From assembly GCA_045650025.1 (NCBI GenBank), contig JAZRQR010000130.1, forward strand, positions 1,202 to 65,201: DNA of 64,000 nucleotides, written 5' to 3'. Source of the DNA: Eubacteriales bacterium. GTDB taxonomy: Bacteria > Bacillota > Clostridia > Oscillospirales > CAG-272. Below the pieces are notes generated by a model. It was not told the origin of the DNA and made no database searches. It saw only the letters and a list, made by a program, of their open reading frames with translations. The translations under genes were made by a program, and so were the position numbers. Positions 63,587 to 64,000 of this stretch are shown piece by piece (the first letter of the stretch is position 1; the number at the start of each line of letters is the position of its first letter).

Positions 63587-64000
63587 TTATCGCGTGGGTC
63601 TGTGCAGCGTCACGCGGTCGATCAGATCCAATCCGTGCTGTCTGACCCACGCCTCTGCCACCGCAACGGTCTCGGGATTTGCCATCGCATCGGCATCGTG
63701 CGCATCACAGCCGAAGATGACCTTGTTGCCCACCTTACCGGCGATCTCCCAGAAAGCATGGCAGGGGTATGCGCGCCCCTCTGCAAGTCCTAAGAAGTTG
63801 AGCTCCAGCGGAATATCCAGCGCCTTTGCCTCCTTACAAAGACGGGTCATCTCTCGTGCGTAAAACTCCTCACCGTGCACCTTGCTGGGAATATCGGGAT
63901 GCGCAAAATAGGTGAAATCCCCCGTGCGCAAGCCCTCAACAACCTGATCCACGTAGCGCACCAATCCCTCCTCATCCAAGCGTCCCGAGGTCGGGCGTGT
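63587..64000 (-). CDS. PHP-domain phosphoesterase (HisJ-type histidinol-phosphatase-like), 5' end outside the window
   Basis: The reading frame stays open to the window edge upstream of the track's TTG start. C-terminal PHP motifs (YFAHPD, GCDAHD). Confidence 0.65.
   Translation of the reverse strand, partial: TRPTSGRLDEEGLVRYVDQVVEGLRTGDFTYFAHPDIPSKVHGEEFYAREMTRLCKEAKALDIPLELNFLGLAEGRAYPCHAFWEIAGKVGNKVIFGCDAHDADAMANPETVAVAEAWVRQHGLDLIDRVTLHRPTR

Overview
This is a 64-kb chromosomal segment from a high-GC, spore-forming Firmicute. Gene content suggests Clostridia, probably Oscillospiraceae/Ruminococcaceae-like: spoVG, a SipL-like DUF3794/LysM protein, hprK, class-3 FBPase, T-box leaders, and many lipoproteins with GGAGG-type RBSs. 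I support about 57 protein-coding genes, one intact tRNA-Ser(UGA) with tRNA-derived debris around it, two T-box riboswitch leaders, REP-like 'GTAG + hairpin' elements, a tandem pair of 308-bp palindromic elements next to an AT-rich DUF559 nuclease gene, one frameshifted gene, and several intrinsic terminators and sigmaA-type promoters. Most long ORFs in the six-frame track that lie antisense to recognisable genes are high-GC shadow ORFs and were rejected. The main highlight is a co-directional locus at about 12.4-26.0 kb. It contains two paralogous HTH-cupin-acyl-CoA-ligase fusions, each behind its own T-box (apparent specifiers AUC/Ile and CUG/Leu). These are followed by a P-loop NTPase, a four-subunit 2-oxoacid:ferredoxin oxidoreductase, a branched-chain aminotransferase, a catalytically degenerate isopropylmalate-synthase-like protein, and a TIM-barrel-acyl-CoA-ligase fusion. 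I interpret this as a candidate amino-acid-starvation-induced system that makes branched-chain amino acids from branched-chain fatty acids by reductive carboxylation. A second item of interest is an uncharacterised glycyl-radical enzyme with its activase in an operon with a VOC protein and a serine hydrolase. All calls come from reading the sequence and translations by eye; no database search was run.
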